A stretch of DNA of 31,176 bases from an uncultured Ruminococcus sp. (lineage in GTDB: Bacteria; Bacillota; Clostridia; Oscillospirales; Acutalibacteraceae): the NCBI GenBank assembly GCA_946055445.1, contig CAMGGF010000001.1, forward strand, positions 1 to 31,176. The letters are read 5' to 3'. Position numbers and translations under genes: made by a program. The notes beneath the pieces were generated by a model, which worked only from the letters and a program-made list of their open reading frames with translations, did not search any database and was not told the DNA's origin. Below, piece after piece: positions 8,032-16,838 of this stretch (the first letter of the stretch is position 1; each line of letters opens with the position of its first letter).

Positions 8032-9524
8032 TAAATCCCTAACATTTCAAAAACGACCTGCGCCATATCCTCTTTCGCGGCAACTTTGGTAAAGCGCGGG
8101 ATTTTGCCTTTTAAGGTTGCAAGTTGCGGCGGCACGGGCTCACCAGATTTCTCGTGCAGTTCTTCCACCATGGAGAACTCGTCTTGGGATTGAATACGGT
8201 TTTCCAAAGCGCTCAAAACGCTCTTGGAGAACTTGTACGGATTGGCGGTAGAGGCAATGACGGTCGGCGTATCGTCCCCTGTTTTCGTTTTATACGCCGC
8301 ATACACATTCACGGCAACCGCCGTATGCGTATCACACAAGTAGTGGTATTCATCAAAGATTTTTCGAATCGTGCGTTTGGTATCTTCATCATCACAGTAC
8401 CCAGCCGCGAACAATTCGGAAATCGCGTTTTTGATTTTGTCGCTGACGGTATATGCGCCGTTTTCGGAAAGTTGTTCCATCAGTGCTTTCGTTTGCGCGG
8501 CGTCCTGCCCGGAGAGCGCAAACAGAAGGCGTTCCAAATTGCTGGAAATCAAAATATCCATGGACGGCGAAGTGGTGCAGAAAAACGGACGGTTTTTATC
8601 ATAGGTGCCCGTTGTTAAGAAATCGGTCAAAACATTGTTCGCATTGGAGGCACAAATCAGTTTGCCAATCGGCACGCCCATTTGCTTTGCATAATATGCC
8701 GCCAAGATATTGCCGAAATTTCCCGTCGGCACAACCACATTCATCGGCGCGCCGAGTTTCAGCCGTTCGGATTTGACCATATCGCAGTAAGCCGAAACAT
8801 AATAGACAATCTGCGGCACCAATCTGCCCCAGTTAATGGAGTTTGCCGAAGAAAACGCCAAATGATTTTCTTTGAATTTCTTTTCAATTTCACGGTTTGT
8901 GAAAATAGATTTTACGCCGCTTTGCGCATCGTCAAAATTTCCTTCAATCGCGCAAACGCTGACATTGTCCCCTTCCTGCGTCGTCATTTGCAATTTTTGC
9001 ATGGGACTTACGCCGTCCACAGGGTAAAACACCAAAATTTCGGTATTCGGTACATTTTTAAAGCCTTCCAACGCGGCTTTGCCCGTGTCACCCGAAGTTG
9101 CAACCAAGATCACAATTTTTGTGTCTTTCAGCGTTTTGTTTGCAGAAACGGTCAGCAAATACGGCAAAAGTTGCAGTGCCATATCTTTAAATGCACAGGT
9201 AGGGCCTCTCCAAAGTTCCAATATATTGGCTGTATCGTTGAGCGCATATAAAGGCGCAATTTGCGGCGAACTGAATTTTTCCGCTTTATATGCCCCTTCT
9301 ACACACATTGAAAGTTCTTCGTCCGTAAAGTCGGTTAAATAGAGTTTTAAAGCCTCTTTTGCACGCCCGATATAGTCAAGACTCGCTATTTGTTTAATAT
9401 CCACAAGGTTCAGCGTCGGAATGGTCAGCGGTACGAACAACCCGCCGTCCGCAGAAATGCCTTTCGCGATTGCTTCCGACGCGGAAACGCGTACGGAACT
9501 GTCTCTTGTACTCGTATAAACCAT
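8031..9524 (-). CDS. thrC: Threonine synthase
   Basis: YTSTR, GISADGGLFVP, PLP-lysine motif GPTCAFKDMAL, ATSGDTG, NSINWGRL, VPTGNFGN. Confidence 0.96.
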   Translation of the reverse strand: MVYTSTRDSSVRVSASEAIAKGISADGGLFVPLTIPTLNLVDIKQIASLDYIGRAKEALKLYLTDFTDEELSMCVEGAYKAEKFSSPQIAPLYALNDTANILELWRGPTCAFKDMALQLLPYLLTVSANKTLKDTKIVILVATSGDTGKAALEGFKNVPNTEILVFYPVDGVSPMQKLQMTTQEGDNVSVCAIEGNFDDAQSGVKSIFTNREIEKKFKENHLAFSSANSINWGRLVPQIVYYVSAYCDMVKSERLKLGAPMNVVVPTGNFGNILAAYYAKQMGVPIGKLICASNANNVLTDFLTTGTYDKNRPFFCTTSPSMDILISSNLERLLFALSGQDAAQTKALMEQLSENGAYTVSDKIKNAISELFAAGYCDDEDTKRTIRKIFDEYHYLCDTHTAVAVNVYAAYKTKTGDDTPTVIASTANPYKFSKSVLSALENRIQSQDEFSMVEELHEKSGEPVPPQLATLKGKIPRFTKVAAKEDMAQVVFEMLGI

Positions 9525-9554
9525 AGGTTACACTCCCAACATAAAATTCAACAT

Positions 9555-9583
9555 ATTTTACCATAGGTTTTAAAGATTTGCAA
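9555..9583 (-). promoter_or_regulatory. Predicted sigma-A promoter of thrC, overlapping the end of the dipeptidase gene
   Basis: TTGCAA-N17-TAAAAT with TGn. Confidence 0.6.
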
Positions 9584-10508
9584 CGAGAAATCTATATCCG
9601 TTTTTAAAGAATATTTTTTCAAGCAGATTTTGCGCGATGCCGTGCTGTAACAGAAAGTCTGCCAAATACGGAATTTTATCCAAACCGTTTAAGGACGGGT
9701 GCACCGTGCAGCCGTCATAGTCACACCCGAACGCCAAATTCTGCTCTGCACCCAAATCCAAAAAATGCGATAAATGCCGCAAGACCGCATCTGCCCCCGT
9801 TTGCCCGTTGTTCCCCAAAAAGTCGGCGCATAAGTTGATGCCGATCAGCCCGTTTCGAGCAATTAAGACTTTGATTTGGTCGTCGGTCAAATTACGCGCT
9901 TTCGCGTACGGGTTGTCTACAATATTTGCGTTGGAATGGCTTGCCAAGAACGGTTTATCAGTATATTCCGCCACATCATAAAAACCGCGTTCGTTCAAGT
10001 GAGATACATCTACGAGCATATTCAGGCTCTGCATTTTTTGCACAACGCGCTTACCAAACGCCGTAAGCCCGCCTTTGTTTTCCGCAAAACAGCCGTTGCC
10101 GATTTCATTGGTGTCATTCCAAGTCAGCGTCATCAGGCGAACACCGTCGCGGTAAAGCGCGTCAAGTTTTTCAAGGTCACCGCCCAATACCGCGCCGCCC
10201 TCAACGGAAAGAACAGCGGCAACTTTGTGCGCGTAAAATGCCGTTTCAATACCCGCCGCGGTTTTACAGGGCAGGATTTTCTCCGCATTTTCGGCACATT
10301 CCCGATAAAAGCAATCCCGCACGGCTTGATAATAGGAAAATGCCGCTTCTCCCCGCTTTTCGTCGGGAATCCAAACAGCAAACACCTGCCCGTATTTTTC
10401 AAAGTATTTGCTTTTTTGCAAATCAATGTGTAAATCGTTGCTTGCAAGGTGTTTGTTCTGCATATAGCACTCGCCGATTGTATCACAGTGAAAATCAAAA
10501 AAATTCAT
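9570..10508 (-). CDS. Membrane dipeptidase family (peptidase M19)
   Basis: DFHCD, SVEGG, TLTWN, DVSHL, ASHSN, GCDYDG. Confidence 0.92.
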   Translation of the reverse strand: MNFFDFHCDTIGECYMQNKHLASNDLHIDLQKSKYFEKYGQVFAVWIPDEKRGEAAFSYYQAVRDCFYRECAENAEKILPCKTAAGIETAFYAHKVAAVLSVEGGAVLGGDLEKLDALYRDGVRLMTLTWNDTNEIGNGCFAENKGGLTAFGKRVVQKMQSLNMLVDVSHLNERGFYDVAEYTDKPFLASHSNANIVDNPYAKARNLTDDQIKVLIARNGLIGINLCADFLGNNGQTGADAVLRHLSHFLDLGAEQNLAFGCDYDGCTVHPSLNGLDKIPYLADFLLQHGIAQNLLEKIFFKNGYRFLVANL

Positions 10509-10870
10509 TTACCCTCTCCGTTGTATGCATTTTTGATGAGGCGGATTTTGCGAACCGCTTCGCCGCGCATATAGATTTCAACAATATCAAAGCGCGGTTG
10601 TTTATTGCCGGCATACTGCGTCAAAAACAAATTTGCCGCCGCAATCAGTTTTTTTCGTTTGGAAAAATCCACAGCGTCCGCCGCGGCAAAACGGCTGTTT
10701 TCACTACGCGTTTTGACCTCTACAAAGCAAATATATTTCTCATCTTCGGCGATAATGTCAATTTCGCCCAAACGGCAACGGTAGTTCGCTGCGTGGATTC
10801 GATAGCCTTTTTCACGCAAGTAACGCGACGCTTCCACCTCGCCGCGCGAACCGGTTTGCGCTTTATTCAT
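10505..10870 (-). CDS. yraN: YraN family protein (UPF0102)
   Basis: GSRGE...YLREKGY...NYRCRLGEIDIIA...FVEVKTR. Confidence 0.93.
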   Translation of the reverse strand: MNKAQTGSRGEVEASRYLREKGYRIHAANYRCRLGEIDIIAEDEKYICFVEVKTRSENSRFAAADAVDFSKRKKLIAAANLFLTQYAGNKQPRFDIVEIYMRGEAVRKIRLIKNAYNGEGK

Positions 10871-11480
10871 CTTGATTGTCTCCGATAATCTTTTTTAAAA
10901 AAGTTCTGCGATGCACGGGCGAAATCCCGTATTCTTGTATTTTTTCGTAATGCAGTTTTGTGCCGTATCCTTTATGCTTTTCAAACGCATACTGCGGGAA
11001 TTTTTCAGCAAGTTGCAGCATAAAGCGGTCACGGCTGACTTTTGCAAGTACGGAAGCCGCCGCAATCGACATAGACTTCGCATCGCCTTTAATAACGGGT
11101 ACTTCTTCACAAACGCCGATTTTCGGTTTTAGGTTACCGTCAATTAAAAGCAAATCCGGCGTAATGTGCATACTTTCCACCGCGCGTCGCATTGCCAAAA
11201 AAGTGGCGTTTAAAATATTGATTTCGTCAATCTCCTGTTCCGTGGCAAAGCCGATACCGTAAGCCAATGCCTTTTCCTGAATAATCGGAAAAAGTGCTTC
11301 GCGTTTTTTCTCGGTCAGTTTTTTGGAGTCATTTAAGCCGTCAATCGTCGTTTCGGGGCTTAAAACAACAGCAGCGGCATAAACGGGGCCCGCAAGCGGA
11401 CCTCTGCCCGCTTCATCCACCCCGCCTATGACGCTGTACCCTTGATGCATATATGCATTTTCAATCGAAAAGTCAACCAT
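10863..11480 (-). CDS. rnhB: Ribonuclease HII
   Basis: GVDEAGRGPLAGPV, DSKKL, LLIDG, KGD...SIAAASVLAKVSRD, HKGYGT. Confidence 0.97.
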   Translation of the reverse strand: MVDFSIENAYMHQGYSVIGGVDEAGRGPLAGPVYAAAVVLSPETTIDGLNDSKKLTEKKREALFPIIQEKALAYGIGFATEQEIDEINILNATFLAMRRAVESMHITPDLLLIDGNLKPKIGVCEEVPVIKGDAKSMSIAAASVLAKVSRDRFMLQLAEKFPQYAFEKHKGYGTKLHYEKIQEYGISPVHRRTFLKKIIGDNQDE

Positions 11481-12350
11481 TCATTCACCTACTCGGTCAA
11501 GCGTAATTTTCCCGAGTTTGCCGCCGCGGTATTCGTCCAACAGCATCACGGAAACACGGGTATAATCCACCTCGCCGCCTTTGATAATCATACCGCGCTT
11601 TCTGCCGATTAACTCCATAACTTCCCACGGCTGTAAATCGGAAAAACCCTCGATTTTATAGCGTTCGGAAAGTCTGTCGGCATACTCGATCTGCATAATT
11701 TCCAAAAGCCTTACCGCCAAAGTCTCACAGTCCACCACGGTATCTTTTACCGAACCGATAAACGCCAGTTTGTCGCCGACTTTCGGGTCATCAAATTTCG
11801 GCCACAGCACACCGGGCGTGTCCAATAACTCTATTCCGTTTCCGATAACAAACCAACGATTGTGGCGCGTAACGCCCGCTTTATCGGCAACCTCGGCACG
11901 ATTGCGCCCCGCCATTTTGTTGATGAAAGAGGATTTCCCCGTATTGGGAATGCCGACAACCATAATGCGCAAAGGTTTGCCCGCCATACCGCGTGCTTCG
12001 TTTTTTTCGATTTTCTCTTTTAAGACCGAACGCATTAACGGCACAAACTGATTTAAGCCTTTACCGCTTTTGCAATCCACAGGCAAAACGGCGGCGCAGG
12101 TCTTTTGATAGTGCGCCACCCAAAGTTTTGTTGCGCGGTCATCGGCAACATCGCATTTATTGAGCAGTACAATCCGCGGCTTATCCCCGATTAAATCGGA
12201 AAGTTCGGGATTGCGGCTGCTTTCGGGCACACGGGCATCTAAAACCTCGGTTACAGCGTCCACCTGCGGCAGGCATTCTTTAATCAGCCGCCGCGTTTTC
12301 GCCATATGGCCCGGAAACCATTGGACATTTTGTTTGATTGAATCTGCCAT
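11481..12350 (-). CDS. ylqF: Ribosome biogenesis GTPase RbgA/YlqF
   Basis: QWFPGHMAK, DARVP, NKCD, GIPNTGKSS, DTPG (circularly permuted GTPase). Confidence 0.96.
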   Translation of the reverse strand: MADSIKQNVQWFPGHMAKTRRLIKECLPQVDAVTEVLDARVPESSRNPELSDLIGDKPRIVLLNKCDVADDRATKLWVAHYQKTCAAVLPVDCKSGKGLNQFVPLMRSVLKEKIEKNEARGMAGKPLRIMVVGIPNTGKSSFINKMAGRNRAEVADKAGVTRHNRWFVIGNGIELLDTPGVLWPKFDDPKVGDKLAFIGSVKDTVVDCETLAVRLLEIMQIEYADRLSERYKIEGFSDLQPWEVMELIGRKRGMIIKGGEVDYTRVSVMLLDEYRGGKLGKITLDRVGE

Positions 12351-12353
12351 AGT

Positions 12354-12887
12354 TTACTCCGCAAATGTTTTCAGCAGTTTGTTGTCCCCGATTCGGTAAA
12401 TCGCTTCGCCGACAATATACCGTGTATCAATCATACCGACAGCGCTGTCGCGGCTGTCCGTAGAATGGTTACGGTTATCGCCCATGACAAACACACAGCC
12501 TTTCGGCACGGTAACCGGATAATTCCACGAACCTTGCACGAGAACCGGCTCTGCAATATACGGTTCATCAATCACCACGCCGTCTACAAACACTTGATGT
12601 GTTTTTCCGTCAACGGTAACGGTCTGCCCCTCCGTAGCAATCACACGCTTAATCAGTACCTTGTTAAAAGCATTCGGTTGGGAAATCACAACAATGTCCC
12701 CGCGTTCCACATTCCAATTTCGCGCGGTAATCAATACTTTATCGCCGTTATGCAGCGTGTTTTTCATAGAGTCGCCGTCTACATCGGAAATCTTTATAAC
12801 AAAAGTAAAAATAAGGCACACGGCCAAAACGGCGGAAACCAATATAGATGCAAAATCATAAATACTGTAAATGGTTTTCTTATTCAT
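12354..12887 (-). CDS. lepB: Signal peptidase I (copy 2)
   Basis: GDSM (Ser), LIKRVIA (Lys), GDNRNHSTDSR; start ATG 12887 overlaps the stop of copy 1. Confidence 0.93.
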   Translation of the reverse strand: MNKKTIYSIYDFASILVSAVLAVCLIFTFVIKISDVDGDSMKNTLHNGDKVLITARNWNVERGDIVVISQPNAFNKVLIKRVIATEGQTVTVDGKTHQVFVDGVVIDEPYIAEPVLVQGSWNYPVTVPKGCVFVMGDNRNHSTDSRDSAVGMIDTRYIVGEAIYRIGDNKLLKTFAE

Positions 12888-13482
12888 AATTATAAATCGT
12901 CCATTCTCCGAAGGGATAAAAACGGAATTGCACAACACCTAAAATATACCGCGTGTCAATAAACCCTACGGTTCTGGAGCGGCTGTCCAAAGAATCGTTG
13001 CGGTTGTCGCCCATAACGAATACACAGCCTTCCGGCACCGTCAAAGGAAAAGCGACATTCGACATACGGTGTGTCGGCTCATAAATATACGGTTCGTTAA
13101 TTACATCGCCGTTAATTTTGACAGTTCCTTCCACAAAATCAATATCCACCGTGTCACCACCGACGGCAATTACACGCTTTATCAACGGCTCGTTTAAAGA
13201 ATTCGGCTGGGTAATGACAACAATATCCCCACGCGAAACACTGGTGTTGATTGCGCGGACTGCAAGCCAATCTCCGTTGTGCAAAGTCGGTTTCATAGAG
13301 TTTCCGCTGACACCGACAATTCGAAACAGGAATGTAAAAATCAGCAATATCGTCAAAAAGGCATACACCAAAGAGTCCAGCCAATCATACACAAAACGCC
13401 ATTGCTTCGGTGCAGAACTTTCTGCACTGTCATATTCTTCAAAAGGAATACTAAACTGTTCGGATTTTCTCAACACACACAC
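12880..13482 (-). CDS. lepB: Signal peptidase I (copy 1)
   Basis: GNSM (Ser), LIKRVIA (Lys), GDNRNDSLDSR; exact GTG/TTG start uncertain. Confidence 0.93.
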   Translation of the reverse strand: MCVLRKSEQFSIPFEEYDSAESSAPKQWRFVYDWLDSLVYAFLTILLIFTFLFRIVGVSGNSMKPTLHNGDWLAVRAINTSVSRGDIVVITQPNSLNEPLIKRVIAVGGDTVDIDFVEGTVKINGDVINEPYIYEPTHRMSNVAFPLTVPEGCVFVMGDNRNDSLDSRSRTVGFIDTRYILGVVQFRFYPFGEWTIYNYE

Positions 13483-13501
13483 CTACCCTATTATCCCGAA
13501 T

Positions 13502-13530
13502 ATTTTACACCAAATCCCAAAAGATTGCAA
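13502..13530 (-). promoter_or_regulatory. Predicted sigma-A promoter of the lepB-lepB-ylqF-rnhB-yraN operon
   Basis: TTGCAA-N17-TAAAAT. Confidence 0.6.
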
Positions 13531-13579
13531 CAAAAATCAAATACAAATGCAAGAAACCTTGTTTTCCCACAGTCGAGTT

Positions 13580-14500
13580 TTATCCGTTCAAAAACCGTTC
13601 TGCGTCTTCACCCGTATAAAAGGTTGCGTCGCTGAGCACAAAATTCCCGTTTTCAAAGGTAACGGGTACGCGCACACAGCCGATGCAATCGTAATACTCG
13701 CTGTAATGGCAATTTTGCGTTTCATCAAAGTTTACAAACGCATCACAGCGAATAAACAGTTGATTGTTTTCCGTATCGTAACACCAACAAAATTCTTTTT
13801 CTTTTTTTCCGCTTTGCACAACAAAAATGTCTGCAAATTTTATCTGTTTTGTGAAGCGTTCCCCGCTTGCAGTTGTACCGTCCACAGCAATCGGCACCGT
13901 AATTGTCTGCACGCTGTCCTGCACGGTGACGGTATGCTTTTCGGCATTGACGGTAAAAGAAACAGAGTTTGCAACCGTTCCCAAAGCAACTTCAATCGTT
14001 AAAGGATATATTTTTGCTTGTTCGCCGGGTTCAAACAGCAACAAATCCGAAACATAAAAGCCGCCGCTTGAAATATAACGCATCATTTCAAATGCATAAT
14101 ACAGTTTTCCGTCATAATCCAATATTGTGCAGGCATTTCCCTTCTCCGCATATATACCGTTATATCCGTCATAGCGGCAAAAATCGTTACCGACTTGAAA
14201 AATATAGTAAGTTTCTGTTTTTGTTTTGCAGGAAATAGCGCAAACCCGCGTTTCCTTCTGCGCAGCCAAAGTTTCATCAACAACCCAATACAGTTCATCC
14301 TCTGCCGTGGCAAAATCGGCAAATTTCGGATATTCTTTACAATATGCCGCATAAGTTTCGGATTGCTGCGGCGCGTTGGTTTCGTTTTGTTTTGTTGTGG
14401 ATTCCGATTTGCTTATATCCGTTGTTGTTTCGCCTTGTCGCGAACAACCGCAAAGCAAGCACAGCACGCAAGCGGCAACTATGACAACAAATTTTCTCAT
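13580..14500 (-). CDS. Hypothetical lipoprotein (306 aa)
   Basis: MRK + hydrophobic stretch + LCG-C lipobox, Thr/Ser/Gln-rich linker; AAAGGAG RBS before ATG 14500; no recognisable domain. Confidence 0.75.
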   Translation of the reverse strand: MRKFVVIVAACVLCLLCGCSRQGETTTDISKSESTTKQNETNAPQQSETYAAYCKEYPKFADFATAEDELYWVVDETLAAQKETRVCAISCKTKTETYYIFQVGNDFCRYDGYNGIYAEKGNACTILDYDGKLYYAFEMMRYISSGGFYVSDLLLFEPGEQAKIYPLTIEVALGTVANSVSFTVNAEKHTVTVQDSVQTITVPIAVDGTTASGERFTKQIKFADIFVVQSGKKEKEFCWCYDTENNQLFIRCDAFVNFDETQNCHYSEYYDCIGCVRVPVTFENGNFVLSDATFYTGEDAERFLNG

Positions 14501-14521
14501 CACAACCACTCCTTTCAAATA

Positions 14522-14550
14522 ATTATACCAACAGAAATTGACGATTGCAA
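14522..14550 (-). promoter_or_regulatory. Predicted sigma-A promoter of the lipoprotein gene
   Basis: TTGCAA-N17-TATAAT with TGn. Confidence 0.65.
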
Positions 14551-14700
14551 CACCAAAAGCGCCACGGATTGCACGCAAATTGATTTTATGTTACATTTCA
14601 AAAATTTAACAAGTTTAGAATATATTTTCTGTGATATCAAAATCAGAAATGACCAAAATACTATTGCAAACGCAAAATTTATTGCAAAGGAGTGTTTACT

Positions 14701-14889
14701 GTGGCTAAAAAGAATGTAGTCCCCGAGGCTCGTGCGGCACTTGACAAGTTCAAGATGGAAGCAGCTTCTGAAGTAGGTGTTAACCTGAAACAGGGGTACA
14801 ACGGCGATTTGACCTCGAAGCAGGCAGGCTCTGTCGGCGGTCAGATGGTTAAAAAGATGATTAAATCTTATGAAGACAGCATGAAATAA
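14701..14889 (+). CDS. Alpha/beta-type small acid-soluble spore protein (SASP)
   Basis: VPEARAALDKFKMEAASEVGV...GDLTSKQAGSVGGQMVK; GTG 14701 sits 8 nt after AAAGGAG. Confidence 0.95.
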   Translation: MAKKNVVPEARAALDKFKMEAASEVGVNLKQGYNGDLTSKQAGSVGGQMVKKMIKSYEDSMK

Positions 14890-14910
14890 GTTCGTTAATA
14901 TTTTTCGGAC

Positions 14911-14950
14911 AAAAAAAGGTCTGCCGAAAATCCTTTCGGCAGACTGTTTT
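14911..14950. terminator. Bidirectional intrinsic terminator
   Basis: 11-bp stem GTCTGCCGAAA/TTTCGGCAGAC, loop ATCC, A-run before and T-rich after, between convergent genes. Confidence 0.85.
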
Positions 14951-14962
14951 CGTTTATTCGTT

Positions 14963-15424
14963 TCATTGCCAAAACCGGTCAAACCGTTCCAAATCCTCTT
15001 TCGGCACTTGCATAAACACATTGACATTCGACATAATTTCCACCGCACGGTTTAAACGATAACGGTAGTCTTGTTTCAGTTTGGAAAACTTTTTGATGCA
15101 AGAATAACACCAAGCCAAAAAGAAGAACACAAACAGCGCGGCAACCAAAAACAAAACATTCCCACCGGACAGAACCAACCCCAAAAATACGCAACAAGAC
15201 ACCGCCAACCCCACAAAACCTATACACAAATAAATCAGATTTATTTTTCGGTCCTGTCGGTATTTCGCGACGGCTTCATCGCGCATTTTTTCATAACTCG
15301 GCATTTCGCGAATTTCCGGCATACCGCCGACAGCAAGCGGGTCAACAGAAACTTCTTCCTGATTTTGCGTCTCCGCTTGTGTTTCTGTGAAATCCGTAAA
15401 CTGTTCCTGTTCGAAGTTTTCCAT
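14963..15424 (-). CDS. Hypothetical membrane protein (acidic N-terminus, two TM helices)
   Basis: Open frame, GAGGGG RBS before ATG 15424, two adjacent hydrophobic segments. Confidence 0.65.
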   Translation of the reverse strand: MENFEQEQFTDFTETQAETQNQEEVSVDPLAVGGMPEIREMPSYEKMRDEAVAKYRQDRKINLIYLCIGFVGLAVSCCVFLGLVLSGGNVLFLVAALFVFFFLAWCYSCIKKFSKLKQDYRYRLNRAVEIMSNVNVFMQVPKEDLERFDRFWQ

Positions 15425-15498
15425 AAAACACGCCCCCTCACGAACAGCATACCATAGAGGCCGTAAAAAAGCAAGGGTGCGCAAAGGAAGACTGCGCT

Positions 15499-16716
15499 TT
15501 ATACTTGGCTGTAATCCTTCAAAAAGTCCTTTAATGCCCCCGCCGCTTCGTTCAGTTGTTTGACATTGGGCAAATAGACAATACGCACATGGTCGGGTTC
15601 GGGGTAATTAAACGCTCTGCCGTGTACAAGTAATATTTTCTTTTTTCTAAGAAAATCCAAAACAAACTGTTCATCATCTTTCATATTGAACTTATATTTG
15701 TCAAACTTCGGGAAAATATAAAATGCCGCTTTCGGTTTTACGACGGAAACGCCGTCGATTTCACAAAGTGCTTGATAGATACATTCACGCTGTTCGTAAA
15801 TTCGACCGCCGGGCTGTAAAAGCGCGTCACTGCTTTGATACCCGCCCAAAGCCGTTTGGATAATCTGCTGTGCGGGAACATTGGAGCATAACCGCATAGA
15901 CGATAACAGGTTTAACCCCTCAATATACCCTTGTATACGCTTTTTGTCGCCGCTGATACACATCCACCCGCATCGGAAACCCGCCACGCGATGTGATTTG
16001 GAAAGTCCGTTAAATGTAATGCACGGTACATCGGGCGCGAGCGAGGCAATCGCCGTGTGCACAAGGTCATCCATGACCAGACGGTCATAGATTTCATCGG
16101 AAAAAATAAGGATACCCGTTTCCCGCGCTACCTGCACAATTTCTTTTAATACTTCTTCCGAATACAACGCGCCTGTGGGATTGTTGGGATTGATAATGAC
16201 AATGCCCTTTGTGTTTTTCGTGATTTTTTTACGAATGTCCGAAATGTCCGGGTTCCATTCGTTTTGTTCATCACACATATAATGCACGGCATTGCCGCCC
16301 GCAAGCGTGACAGCCGCCGTCCAAAGCGGGTAATCGGGCGCGGGCACCAAAATTTCGTCGCCGTTGTTTAAAAGCCCTTGCATTGCCATAGTGATGAGTT
16401 CGCTGACGCCGTTGCCTGTGTAAATATCCTGCAACCGAACATTCGGAATGTGTTTGATTTGACAATACTGCATAATCGCTTTACGCGCTGAAAAAATACC
16501 TTTGGAGTCGGAATACCCCTCGGCGTCGCGCAAATTATAAATCATATCTTGTATGATTTCATCGGGCGCTGTGAAGTGAAACGGCGCGGGATTGCCTATG
16601 TTTAATTTCAAAATATCAATACCGCTTGCCGCCATACGGTCCGCCTCATCCATAACGGGACCGCGAATGTCATAGCAAACATCGTCTAATTTGTGGGATT
16701 TTTCAAAAGTACGCAT
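15499..16716 (-). CDS. PLP-dependent aminotransferase class I/II, AlaA-like
   Basis: YDIRGPV, LNIGNP, GNGVSE, INPNNPTG, DEIYD, NGLSK, AGFRCGW. Confidence 0.9.
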   Translation of the reverse strand: MRTFEKSHKLDDVCYDIRGPVMDEADRMAASGIDILKLNIGNPAPFHFTAPDEIIQDMIYNLRDAEGYSDSKGIFSARKAIMQYCQIKHIPNVRLQDIYTGNGVSELITMAMQGLLNNGDEILVPAPDYPLWTAAVTLAGGNAVHYMCDEQNEWNPDISDIRKKITKNTKGIVIINPNNPTGALYSEEVLKEIVQVARETGILIFSDEIYDRLVMDDLVHTAIASLAPDVPCITFNGLSKSHRVAGFRCGWMCISGDKKRIQGYIEGLNLLSSMRLCSNVPAQQIIQTALGGYQSSDALLQPGGRIYEQRECIYQALCEIDGVSVVKPKAAFYIFPKFDKYKFNMKDDEQFVLDFLRKKKILLVHGRAFNYPEPDHVRIVYLPNVKQLNEAAGALKDFLKDYSQV

Positions 16717-16773
16717 TGCATCACCTGTTTTTTAACTTTTTATTATTTTAACATACCTGTCAATAGGTTTCAC

Positions 16774-16802
16774 TTGCGAAGTTTTGGAAATTCATATATA
16801 AT
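16774..16802 (+). promoter_or_regulatory. Predicted sigma-A promoter of nadE
   Basis: TTGCGA-N17-TATAAT. Confidence 0.6.
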
Positions 16803-16838
16803 AACAAATGTATAAATTTTGACTGTGAGGTTTGCTAT

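Noticed and set aside
9525-9569. T-box or other riboswitch ahead of thrC; TPP riboswitch near thiN
   Set aside because: The thrC leader is under 50 nt and thiN overlaps rsgA, leaving no room, and no conserved motifs are seen.
14589-14611. Inverted repeat TGTTA-N13-TAACA in the lipoprotein-SASP spacer
   Set aside because: Short arms in very AT-rich DNA, plausible by chance, and no matching regulator nearby.
14618-14663. Sigma-G promoter for the SASP gene
   Set aside because: AATACTA (14657-14663) fits the -10, but no GHATR -35 lies 17-18 nt upstream; GAATA at 14618 is too far. Expected biologically but not supported by the sequence.
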